Below are positions 31,141 through 40,825 of a stretch of 53,373 nt of DNA, piece after piece. Position numbers and translations under genes: made by a program. Position 1 is the first letter of the stretch, and every line of letters starts with the position of its first letter. Source of the stretch: a virus (Duplodnaviria; Caudoviricetes); the IMG/VR virus record IMGVR_UViG_3300041964_000194, positions 1 through 53,373 of that record; one strand, 5' to 3'. Below the pieces are notes generated by a model, which worked only from the letters and a program-made list of their open reading frames with translations, was not told the origin of the DNA and did no database searches.

Positions 31141-32925
31141 TCATTCAGCTAGGTCATCAGGAGCGTTGTTCACAATCCATTCTGTTAGTGCTACTCCGTA
31201 TCTCACTTTGTTGTCCTGAAGAGACATGGCTGTCAGAAGACTAATGAAAAGATCTGTCAGGATTTTTTGTTCCGTCTACCTCTTCTAGCCACTGTTGCGT
31301 GAGCGGATCAGCAGTGCTTGAATGTGGCTGAAAATATTTGTCTCCGTCCACGTTTTTGTAACACTGTTCAACCTCCTCCGAGGTAACTGATAGATTCTCA
31401 GAGCTAAGAACTGTACTAATTGCACCAGGGGTTTAGTAGATAGTATTCATACATCTTCCGCGCCAAAACGATACTTTTCCATTGCTTCGACGCGTCAAGA
31501 TCTGCTCGCTCTCTCGGAGTGCGCTTCTCCCGATCGAATATAAAGCCGATGGCGGGCGGCAATAAACCTCGTCCCTGGCTCAGGCGCTGGTAGATTTCAA
31601 AAACTGTTTTAGAAAACATGCAACAAAATCACCAGTTTGCAGTACTCCCATAATCTGTGTACCAACAAAGGAAGCCTTAAAATCTTCTCTACATTATGGG
31701 GAAGCACTCTTCTTCTGTTTTCCCTTCTACCCATAAGATATTAATCTGCTCCAAATGTGTCAGTAATTTTGCTCCAACCTCCTTAAGAAACAAGCTCCAT
31801 CTGTCGATTTCCGAAACGTCTATTGTCTCTACATCGCTTTCAAACTCAGTCTTACGAACTAAAAAAAGATTTCAGGATTTGTTGCAGTTACCGCTGTTGG
31901 GGAATGCGTTGTAATAATAAATTGATGCTCGAATGAAGCTTCAAAATCTCGATAAGTTTTCTAAGAGCACCTGGATGCAAAAAGCTCTGTGGCTCGTCAA
32001 TAACTATAGTCTGTGGCTGAGCCGAATTAATAACAACATAGAGTATTGCTAGAACTTGTCCAATTCCTGTTCCACTTTCCGATAGTGGCACTGCCAGATC
32101 ATTCCGCTCATATCTTGATCATGATGCCAGATAAGAATCTGAACTCGATTTCCACCAATTGGGTATGGTGTATACCCTGAATGGATGGAAAAACAGTTCT
32201 GGCAAAGAGAAGGAACCTGTCAAAGCGAGTTACGATTAGATTAGCAATAGATTATACTTGTAGCAAGATTTTCAGCGTTATTTGCTAAGTATGAGTTATT
32301 TCCGATTTCCCAGCTTCCGATGTTTACACCTTCGCCTTGAACATATAAATTTGAGCGAAAACAAATTTGCTAATTTAATTCCATATGATTCTTCTAGATT
32401 AAAATTTCCATAATTTCCTTGTTCAAGCTGCCTCGTTTCCAAATTAAATAAATATTCACTCCAGGCAGGTGTGAGGATGAGACGGTTGGTAACTAGCACA
32501 GCCTCTAAGCTAGTTTCTATATTGGTTAAAAGTGCTGAAGAGGAATTTGCCTTGTCTATAAACACACACTAAGCCCTAGACCTATGTATTGAAGTCAAGA
32601 ATCGTTGCAGGGAATTATTAAGGTCACGTTCGGCAGAAGGAATCAAAAAACTTGCAATTTGTTGTAGCGATTCAATGACTCTTTTGGCTCTAGAGAGAAA
32701 TATATGCGGCATTCAGCGACTGGATTGAATGTCTGGCTTGAGTCTGGTTGAGGTAGAGTTTATAGGCTTGCGATGAGGGTGGTTTCAAACTGTGAGCTAA
32801 TGCCTCTAGAAGTGCTGTTTTTCCAACATTATTCTGCCCAACAATTACGTTAAATCCTGGCTCAAGAAATAACCTGAATCAAGAAAGCTTTTATAATTAA
32901 CAACTTTGAATATGGATATATACAT
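31141..32925 (-). CDS. OLD-like ABC-ATPase plus TOPRIM nuclease (many indels; 3' end approximate)
   Basis: Walker A GQNNVGKT, SGTG signature, IDEPQSFLHP, TTHSP, and TOPRIM WVEGKTEE and FIFDRE; AT-rich. Confidence 0.75.
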
Positions 32926-33023
32926 GTAAAATTAACCTTTACGTGGTTTGTTAGAGATGGAGCAGTTAAGACAGCTATTGCCTATTCTCGATCGGGATAC
33001 CACTTAAGCCATCCATTCTAAAT

Positions 33024-33057
33024 AATCAAACCCCCCGCTGCACACAGGGGTTTGATT
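33024..33057. terminator. Hairpin terminator
   Basis: AATCAAACCCC / GGGGTTTGATT inverted repeat downstream of the minus-strand operon. Confidence 0.5.
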
Positions 33058-33096
33058 GACTGAGCGAGCGTCAGGCTACAATCGCGCTCATGTTTG

Positions 33097-33378
33097 CTAT
33101 TTCCACCATGCCGCGTTCCTGTCATTCTTCATCGTGGCGACAGTCAGAGCATGACTGGTAGCCTGCTCTAGCAGATTCGTGATCCGATCCCATTCCTGCT
33201 TGCAGTCAGCGTCTTCATCCAGCCGCGCCTGACTGCTGATCAGGTCAGCCAGTCGATCGAGTAGTTCGGCTAGGCCGTGACGATTGGCTAGGGTGTGCAG
33301 CTCGTCTCTGAGTAGGTTGACCTCACGCCGCCTGCACTGGCAAGCGATCGGGCTTGGGGGTTTAGCTTCAGTTTGCAT
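33097..33378 (-). CDS. Hypothetical protein
   Basis: GGAGG RBS before MQTEAKPP; helical. Confidence 0.6.
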   Translation of the reverse strand: MQTEAKPPSPIACQCRRREVNLLRDELHTLANRHGLAELLDRLADLISSQARLDEDADCKQEWDRITNLLEQATSHALTVATMKNDRNAAWWK

Positions 33379-33527
33379 GGTGTCCTCCCTACCAAGTGCT
33401 GAGCTGTGACTGTGGAACTTGCAGCACGGGCTGCACTGCCGCTGCTGGGCTGTCAGGATGCAGTTTGATGCTGTAGTGCCATTCGCCATCCAGGAACGCT
33501 AACCCTGCGATCGTGCCGAAGTTGCCC

Positions 33528-33938
33528 TCAGCTCACAACCGAGTCATCGAAGCCAAACTTTGGCTTTTTGTAGCCTCTAGGCAGTGGTAGGCTCTCGGCT
33601 GACCACCATCCGGTGCTGCTTTTGCACACTCCTAGCTTTTGCGCCTGCCGCACGATGTCAGCCAAGCGCAGCACGAATGGAATGTAGGCTGGGTACTTGC
33701 TGTAGTGCCTGCCCCATCTGGCAACCTCCCAGACTGCAAGCCCAGTCGCACGGCAAAGCGCATCTTCACAGGCTTGCTTGTAGTCGGGATCAGTCAGGGG
33801 ATAGCTCACCCACTTGTGGCAGAACTCAGCAGGCGTCATCAGCTGATGCACAACGGTGGCGATGTAGCTCAGCAAGGCTTTGGTGCGTTCATCGCGGGAA
33901 AGGGCAAAGGCCGGGATCAGAGTGATATCTGCTTGCAT
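33528..33938 (-). CDS. Hypothetical protein
   Basis: GGAGG RBS; coupled to the upstream gene. Confidence 0.6.
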   Translation of the reverse strand: MQADITLIPAFALSRDERTKALLSYIATVVHQLMTPAEFCHKWVSYPLTDPDYKQACEDALCRATGLAVWEVARWGRHYSKYPAYIPFVLRLADIVRQAQKLGVCKSSTGWWSAESLPLPRGYKKPKFGFDDSVVS

Positions 33939-33941
33939 GGC

Positions 33942-34271
33942 TTAGCCCTCCCCTTGCTGCTGGCATGGAGGACACAGGCAGCAACGCAGGCTGCGTTCGT
34001 AGACGTACTCAGTCGTTTCGTCGGCTAAGAGTGCCTCTTGTGGTGTTTTGCCAAAGATGTCGCTGATGGTGTAGCTCCAACCCCAATCGCTGGTACTCTC
34101 TGCCAGTGCCTCTAGCGGGCAGATGTAGCGCATACCAACGACAACGCCTTTGCGCTTGCAATAGTAGACCTCTTGAAACAGATGGAACTTGGGAGCGGGC
34201 ACATCGGGCGGTAGGACAAACGAAACTTGTGCCCCAACTAACGGGGCATCTGCGGATACGATATTCATCAA
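33942..34271 (-). CDS. Cyanobacterial phage-type hypothetical protein (DUF1392-like)
   Basis: PAPKFHLFQEV...GVVVGM...WSY pattern; family assignment is tentative. Confidence 0.55.
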   Translation of the reverse strand: MMNIVSADAPLVGAQVSFVLPPDVPAPKFHLFQEVYYCKRKGVVVGMRYICPLEALAESTSDWGWSYTISDIFGKTPQEALLADETTEYVYERSLRCCLCPPCQQQGEG

Positions 34272-34375
34272 GCTGTACCTCGGTTTAAGTGCTTAGGTGC
34301 AGTGGAAGCCCTCTGGTGAGCCGTCGAAAGTACACCAGGGGGTTTAGCTTTTGTTGAGCGATCGCTCTTAGTTTC

Positions 34376-34621
34376 TTAGTCGTTGGCAGCGCCTTCGTCT
34401 ACCAAAAAACTGCTCATCAATTCGTCAAGCTTCTCAAGCTGAGAAGGATTCTCTAGTCGCCAGCGATCGATACCTTCTCTAATCCACCGCTCCAGTTGGG
34501 CGGTATCGCTGCGATCCTCCAGAATTGCTACGCCCTTTAACCCAGCAAGAAGTTCATACGAAATCTTGTAGTTCTGACGCTTAGCTGGTTTTTTTGCTCT
34601 TCCCACTACGGCTTGTGTCAC
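34376..34621 (-). CDS. RHH-like regulator
   Basis: AAGGAG RBS then GTG 34621; RQNYKISYELLAGLKGVAILEDRSDTAQLERWIREG. Confidence 0.6.
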   Translation of the reverse strand: MTQAVVGRAKKPAKRQNYKISYELLAGLKGVAILEDRSDTAQLERWIREGIDRWRLENPSQLEKLDELMSSFLVDEGAAND

Positions 34622-34858
34622 AAGGCTTTTCTCCTTAATTGAACAACACAAACCCATAATTACACGATTTGAAGTAAAACGTATATACGATTGCATACGA
34701 AAAACTGATAACTGAGCGCTAAACTAATCGGGATTTAGTATGTATTAATGTAGTAATCGTATGTACGATATGCCATAATAGGTACAGAGAAAGCGCCCCC
34801 GACTCTCACATCTGAAGCGCTTCTCTACATCCAAACCCTCATTCAAGGATTTGCACCA

Positions 34859-35091
34859 ATGGTAGCTCAACTACAAGACCGCTTCGACATCCGCTCGATC
34901 GAAACCCCGACGATTTATCTGCATATCGTGACCTTGATTCACCGTCGCACGGGTCATGAAGTTTGCCTCAACATCGAAACCGACTCAGCCCGCTATGCGT
35001 GGTGAGTCGCGAAATTGCCCATCAGAAGGTAGTTCGCAAGCTGCTCGGTTACGAGATTTACGAAGTTCTCGACTGTAACGAACCGTTCTAA
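34859..35091 (+). CDS. Hypothetical protein ~77 aa (one indel; not in ORF track)
   Basis: AAGGA RBS; MVAQLQDRFDIRSIETPTIYLHIVTLIHRRTGHEVCLNIETDS...YEVLDCNEPF. Confidence 0.5.
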
Positions 35092-35148
35092 GTCGATCGG
35101 GCTTTGGGGATGCCTTCATCCCCTTCACTTCCTTCACCACTGCTCACC

Positions 35149-36383
35149 ATGCGCCTCTCCTACCAGTACCGCTTACGTCCAACCAAAGCTCAGATCGCCA
35201 TTATGGAGAACTGGCTTGAACTGCTGCGACGGCAGTACAACTACCGCTAGCGGAGCGGTTTCAACTGGTGGGAGCAAAATCGCTGTGATGTCAATGCTGC
35301 GCTCATCCGCCGTCTTCCCGCAGTTGCAGGATAAGCTCAGCCGCTAAAAGTCAGCAAGGCTGATTTGCTACTGACCAGAAGCGCGATGTTTCGTGAATAC
35401 GAAGACGCTGTATGCTCCTGTGCTATGGAGCGATTGCAAAGGGATGTATATGGGTGCTTCATTTGACGCGCGCGTTATTGCGTTTTATGGTAGATGAGAT
35501 TGTGGCGCTGGCTAGGGGACTGCCAGACGGCAGATCTGGTGTCAGGGATTAGATTTGAGCTGAGATTCAGAGCGTGCGGATCGCTGCTGTATCACTATCA
35601 GATTGTTCAGCTGATGGCATCATGAGCAGTTTACATGATCATTTTTGGGGTAGCGGTCAAGCTGAGCTGCATCGCCCTTCGATAAAGCGATCACCGTCAG
35701 GATACTGTCAGACTAGTTACGCGAGAGCTGATCGGTTGTATGGAAATCACTTCAGTGCTGATGCGATATGTGACCAGAACTCAGTCCCGGCGCGCAACAG
35801 TGGACAACACGATCGGCATTGACCTAGGCCTAAAGTCCTTTCTGGTCACAAGTGAGGTGAAGCGGTAGACATCCCCAGCGCTATCGCAAAGCTGAGAAGC
35901 GGCTGAAGCGGTTGCAGCGACAGTTATCCAAAAAGAAAAGGGGTCAAAGCGACGGGCTAAGGCAGTCAAGCGTGTTGCCAAAGCTCACCTAAAAGTTGCC
36001 AATCAGCGCCAAGATTTTCACCACAAAACGGTGAACTGGCTGCTAGCCAATCTAAGTTTATTGCTCATGAAGATCTCCATATCAGGGACTAGCGAGAACA
36101 AGGCTAGCCAAATCGATCAACGATGCGGGCTGGGTCAATTTCTGACAATTGCCGCTTACAAGGCTGAAGAGCTGGGGGCGGAACATTGCCAAGAAATCCG
36201 GCCAGAACCACGATCGACTGCTCAGACTGTGGGGCAGCAGTGCCAAAAACACTGTCTGACCGCTGGCATAATTGCGTGTGTGGTGCGTCCTACGATCGCG
36301 ACCACAACGCAGCCAGAAACATTAAGCAAAGGGCGGTGGGGCATCCCGTCCAGCTCCTGGAGGCGATCGGGATACGAGCCTGA
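35149..36383 (+). CDS. tnpB: TnpB RNA-guided endonuclease (IS200/IS605-IS1341 type); sequence degraded or low quality at ~35300-35800
   Basis: MRLSYQYRLRPT...RRQYNYR N-terminus; RuvC IGIDLGL, IAHEDL, DRDHNAA; Zn finger CSDCG...C.CG. No tnpA is present. Confidence 0.88.
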
Positions 36384-36453
36384 TGAAGGAGAAGCCAGCG
36401 CCACGCAACGCCGTAGCGCTGGAGCATGTCCACTGTTAATGGCTGCCCCAAGC
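36330..36453 (+). ncRNA. Predicted TnpB omega/reRNA 3' scaffold and guide (5' bound uncertain)
   Basis: GAGAAGCCAGCGC...GCGCTGGAGCATGTCCAC right-end-like hairpin ends at 36433; the predicted guide is the flank TGTTAATGGCTGCCCCAAGC. Confidence 0.5.
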
Positions 36454-36854
36454 AACCGCTTTTCAAGCCTGCATCCCGATTGAGGGGTCGTCGCAGGTTT
36501 TATAGCATCAGTGGGCAGGGAATCGAAATCCACGTCCAGAACCTGGAGACATCGATCGCTCCGGTCGATGGCGGCGTGGTTCTGAAGCGGCTCGACTGAT
36601 AGCCGAGTACGAATATCTCAGTCCTCCTGGTTTTGCGGCGAGCTGGTCTCGGATTTGGAGCGAGTCAACTGGCACATGTCGATCGAGTAGTCCAAAGCTG
36701 AGATCCGAGAGACGACTACAACGCTGGACTTGATTTTGTGGACTCGTGATCGACATTGTAGACATTTTGTAGTATGATCTCAAGCTGATCTGTCGTGAGA
36801 CTGGCAGAGTCGTAAAATGCTGACAAAACGCTAAAAAACACCTTCAGCGTGTGA
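36434..36854 (+). repeat. 421-bp imperfect direct repeat, copy 2 (5'-truncated allele of gene 30581-30865)
   Basis: Begins exactly at the tnpB right end and aligns to 30609-31029. Confidence 0.9.
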
Positions 36855-37126
36855 GCTTGAGGCTTTGACTAGTTTTTGCTTATTTGCCTTGTACAGCAGG
36901 CCATCTAGGGCGATCGATCGGTGGAACTAGAGCAACTGTCACAGTGTTGATGGAGCCAGCAAAATCTGTGGAATCTAAAAATAGGTGGAACAATTCGGCC
37001 TAAAAGCCGAATTTGAGGTGTTATACAGAAAGATTCTGCTTATCTACCTGCTACGAGATCTTAGCCGGAAACGTTCTGTCCAATAATTGTTGGGCAGCTG
37101 AGTAGGAGAGATTTTTTGAGGCCAAT

Positions 37127-38053
37127 ATGAACAGAATTGAGTTTTTGCGTTTTCGCCGATCTTACGAGTGGGTATTGCGTCAAGTTCTACTAGATCTTGA
37201 ATTTTTTATTGAAGATTTAGTTGGAATTAATGTTTATGCAGTAACACATCGACTAAAGACTTTTGAAAGTGCTCTTGAAAAATCAAAGCGGCTTAATCTG
37301 AAAATTGATGAAATGCAAGACATCGCTGGCATTAGAATTGTTGTAGCAACTTCAGATGAAGTTGCGATTCTTGCTCGCTTCTTCTCTAGAAAGGCTGATT
37401 TAAAAGATCTCATTATCAAGTCAGACGAAATAATTGATAGAAAAAATGGTTATCGAGCAAGGCATTTAGTCTTAGAGTTCTCAGGGCACTATTCGCGCTC
37501 AATGCATTCAGCCTTTGTAGAAGTTCAAATTCTCACTCTTTTGCAAAGCACTTTCAATTATATTTCAAGAGCTTGGGTATACAAAGCTGATTGCGCATTA
37601 ACGGATACATGGCGCTCCAATTTCCAAAGATTATCCAGTGATTTGGCGGAAATCGATCAAAGAATTGCTCAGCTACAGAAGCAAGTTGTTGAATCCTCTG
37701 TATCTTCAGCGCCAAACGATCCTCTCACTCCTTTTTCTTACCAACAAATCGTTACTGAAACCTTCGGAGAAACCATCAAAATAAACGATGCAGTAGATAG
37801 CGTACAAATGTTAATTGATCTGGGTTGTGATACAAATGGAAAATTACAAGATTTCTTCGGAAGAAATGACATTTTAAACATGCGTGAACAGATTATAGCC
37901 ACGAAGTCAGAAGCTGGACAAGCTTTTGCAGAACTTGTAACTAGCCTGTCAATCCATAGTTTTTATATGATGTTTGGTCTTCGAGTTGACTCGACCAAAG
38001 AATTGATTCAATGGCTTAATCAAGCTAAGCCAAAAAATGAAAGCTCACAATAG
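37127..38053 (+). CDS. RelA/SpoT synthetase-domain nucleotidyltransferase (SAS-like) with C-terminal extension
   Basis: HRLKTFESALEK, QDIAGIRIV, NGYRARHL, VEVQILT, WVYK. Confidence 0.85.
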   Translation: MNRIEFLRFRRSYEWVLRQVLLDLEFFIEDLVGINVYAVTHRLKTFESALEKSKRLNLKIDEMQDIAGIRIVVATSDEVAILARFFSRKADLKDLIIKSDEIIDRKNGYRARHLVLEFSGHYSRSMHSAFVEVQILTLLQSTFNYISRAWVYKADCALTDTWRSNFQRLSSDLAEIDQRIAQLQKQVVESSVSSAPNDPLTPFSYQQIVTETFGETIKINDAVDSVQMLIDLGCDTNGKLQDFFGRNDILNMREQIIATKSEAGQAFAELVTSLSIHSFYMMFGLRVDSTKELIQWLNQAKPKNESSQ

Positions 38054-38133
38054 TTCACACAGCTCAACAGCACTCACACACACCGATCGCCGAGGATTGA
38101 TTATTTCAGGAAAATTGAATTAATACGCTGAAC

Positions 38134-38569
38134 ATGACTGAACAAGAGAAGTGGGACTACATAAATAGGTTAGAGGAGGAGCTTTGCTGGGCGGTGTAGT
38201 TATCTCTGAGTGGTCAACTTTTCTTGCTAAAGATGCAGAGCTAGCATTTTGTTCAGGAGCTAATTTGGCGGCTATTCTAGCGGCACAAGCTGCTATTGAG
38301 TCCCATTTAAGATACGAGTACTTTGATCCGATTGAAACGAAAGGTTGGGGATTGTACCGCCTTCTTGAGAATGTGCAGTTACCACTTGGCTTAAAGAGCA
38401 ATTTACATAAGCTTAGACGTTTAGAAATCAGTGGGTGCATGTTGAAGATCCAGCTCACGATGCGGATCTCCTTAACAAGCCAGAGTACTATTCAGCAGAG
38501 CTAGAAGAAATGGCAAAACTAGCAATCGAATCTATGTTGAAAGTACTTTACGTAGAGCAGTCGGTATGA
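38134..38569 (+). CDS. HEPN-like protein (two indels)
   Basis: Reconstruction: MTEQEKWDYINRLEEEL...AAILAAQAAIESHLR...LHKLRRFRNQWVH, an R-x4-H motif with an upstream E. Confidence 0.6.
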
Positions 38570-38642
38570 GGATATTATTCAACTAATAGTTGTACTGAAC
38601 TTAATTCTAAAGTTAGAATTGCAACATCCATTTTTTAATGTC

Positions 38643-39460
38643 TTAAAATAAAGTTCCTTGAACTATTTCTGGTTGTGCCTTACTTGGCTTAGGTGGCCAG
38701 AAAACACCGAGCACAACCCATGTATTGTATGGAAATACTGTGCCCATGAAGAAACGGGTATCCTTGCTTTCGTTACATAGCTCGTCAAGGAACTTGTGGC
38801 GAACGCTTAAAGCTGCTTGGTTTTCATCCCTCAAACGAGCTACTTCATTCAGCCAAAGCACCCCTAGCTCCCAGTCCTCAATCATGGCATTGTGAGGTTT
38901 GTTGCTATCATTGCATTCAAAAACATAGCTAAACTTGTACGGTATTTTGCGAAGAGGTTTTTGAACTGGTCCAAAAAGGGTCAATTGATCGAACAAAGCT
39001 TGCCATTCTGGTTTCCATTCAGGATCAGCGGGTTCAATCTTTAAATCAAGTATCCTTGTAGGCTGCACAATACCAAGTGATACATGTTCAGATTGATGCA
39101 GTTCCCGTAACTGCTTTACCGTATGAACCGAAATCCGATCGATAATTTGACGCCGCTCTCTCCATCCATCTTTGTGGAGAGCGGTTCTCCTAAAACGCGG
39201 AGCGTATCTAAAATCGGTTTTCTACTTTCTTTCCTCCGATCATTGCCAGCTCCCTGGGGAAAGAGATCAACTTCTATCCACTGATATTTACGGAATTGTT
39301 GATTTCTGGGTCTGTAACGGTAGTCTACTGGATAAAGCCGTACCCATTCGCCCTGTTCAGTTACACCAGCTGTACAAACAAGTTCTTGATAACCTCTAGA
39401 TGGATGTGGGTAGGTCATCACAGTAATAAGAACTTTAGTTCTGATTGCCTGATTACTCAT
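38643..39460 (-). CDS. DUF488-partner protein, dual-OB-like (frameshift at ~39170)
   Basis: LITVMTYPHPS..YQELVCTAG...WVRLYPV and IPYKFSYVF...IEDWE motifs. Confidence 0.65.
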
Positions 39461-39462
39461 GC

Positions 39463-40327
39463 CTAACATCCCAAATGCTTGATCGGCATATCGATTAAAG
39501 TTGTTAGGTGTTGAGCTAAAACATTGCGATGGCAAAATTTTGGATTAGCTTCCATACACACGAGGACACTAGGGTCAGATTGCAATAACCTACTTACATT
39601 GGTCAGATCCTTTTCACGAGAGGGAAGATTACAACGATAATTTTCAAACAGGGCTGTGTATTTATGATGAGAGTCTAGATGTTCTCGTTCTGAGCTTGGT
39701 ATTCCCAAACCAGGAAGGTGTTGATAGTCTATTTTCAAAGAGCTGCATAAGCGTAAAAGAGTACTTTTATGGAAACCATATCGGCGTGAAATGGGATTAT
39801 ATCGGACATCAATCAAACGTGATATACCGGATTCCATAAGAAGATTTAGAAACTCATCAACGGTTTTGCCTTCATAACCAGCAGTATAGATAGATGTCTC
39901 AGCAACTGGGCGTCTTCTCTTTTCTTCCTCCAGGAAGATCACTGTTGATTGTAAACCAAGAGTACTTGTCGTAAATTAGACTTATTAACTGTTGTCCAGA
40001 TAATTTCCCGTAAATCTCAGAAATTTGGCAAATATCTTTAGTGACATCATTTGGCAAATTTATTTCTAGTTCTTCCCTAAGAGTAAGATTCCATCGATTG
40101 TCAAGTCCTTTTTCCAGGAAACCATTACGAATAAGTGAATCGGTTTCCTGATTGAGAGTAAAGGAGTAAGGACCGTACCGATACGGAATGAATTGATAAA
40201 ACGTTTTCCCGCCATGAGATGGCGTTTCACAAGACAATAAAAATGCCCACTTCATTATTTGCAAGCTGGAAGCTGCACCTCCAACTTGCTGAAGCATCAT
40301 CAGTAGGGCTTTTTGTCGGTGTAACAC
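39463..40327 (-). CDS. DUF488 protein with N-terminal winged-helix/Panacea-like domain (frameshift at ~39930)
   Basis: C-domain IYTAGYEG, LIDVR..PISRR.GF.K, LVCMEANPKFCHR; N-domain YQFIPYRYGPYS. Confidence 0.8.
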
Positions 40328-40524
40328 CTTGTTTATTAACCTCTAAATAGTTCATTTATACTATTAATTATCTCACAAGGTGAAGCTCGATCATCATCAC
40401 AGAGAGCAGAGCGTCTACTCCCAATTTTGCCCGTTTAGATGCTAGATGGGACTGGATTGAGATCTCAAGCTATTGCAAATCGCTGTAACGCTCGGCTAGG
40501 CAGCATCATAGGCTAGAAGATTTT

Positions 40525-40569
40525 ACTTTGGGGTAGTAGGGATCGTGGGTTCAAATCCCGCCGCTCCGA
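40525..40569 (+). other. att-like site: 3' half of tRNA-Pro(GGG)
   Basis: ACTTTGGGGTAGT...GTGGGTTCAAATCCCGCCGCTCCGA has the anticodon loop, T-arm and 3' acceptor strand; the 5' half is absent; an integrase lies ~550 bp away. Confidence 0.8.
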
Positions 40570-40825
40570 TCGCTGAAAACTCGTCATTTGGCGGGTTTTG
40601 CCGTATCCAGGAAGAGCTTAGCCGCAGTCTGTCAATTCACACATACCTTAACTTTTACACTGGCTGACCTCAAACAAGCGGCCAATACGGTAGCTCTGCA
40701 AACCTCACCCCGCGATCGAGCTGTGGTGCTAAAAACTTTTGGCAGGCTGGCAAAGCAGCTAGGTAGTCCTTAATATCAGCTCAAGCGATCTGCGGCGCGG
40801 GTAGCGATCGGGGTGGAGGTAGAGG

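Noticed and set aside
33490-33500. CCAGGAACGCT as a late promoter
   Set aside because: It is only a partial match, antisense to local genes, with no convincing downstream + strand gene. It could be an antisense promoter, but that is unsupported.
35300-35800. Foreign insertion within tnpB
   Set aside because: The length matches the expected TnpB middle region and remnants of its motifs persist; this looks like very low-quality consensus.
35149-36383. Nuclease-dead TnpB (TldR-like repressor)
   Set aside because: The D, E and D catalytic motifs are all present.
30609-36854. Diversity-generating retroelement TR/VR pair
   Set aside because: No reverse transcriptase is present, the differences are not adenine-specific, and the repeat extends into non-coding sequence.
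40525-40569. Functional tRNA-Pro gene
   Set aside because: The 5' acceptor strand and D-arm are absent; treated as an att fragment.
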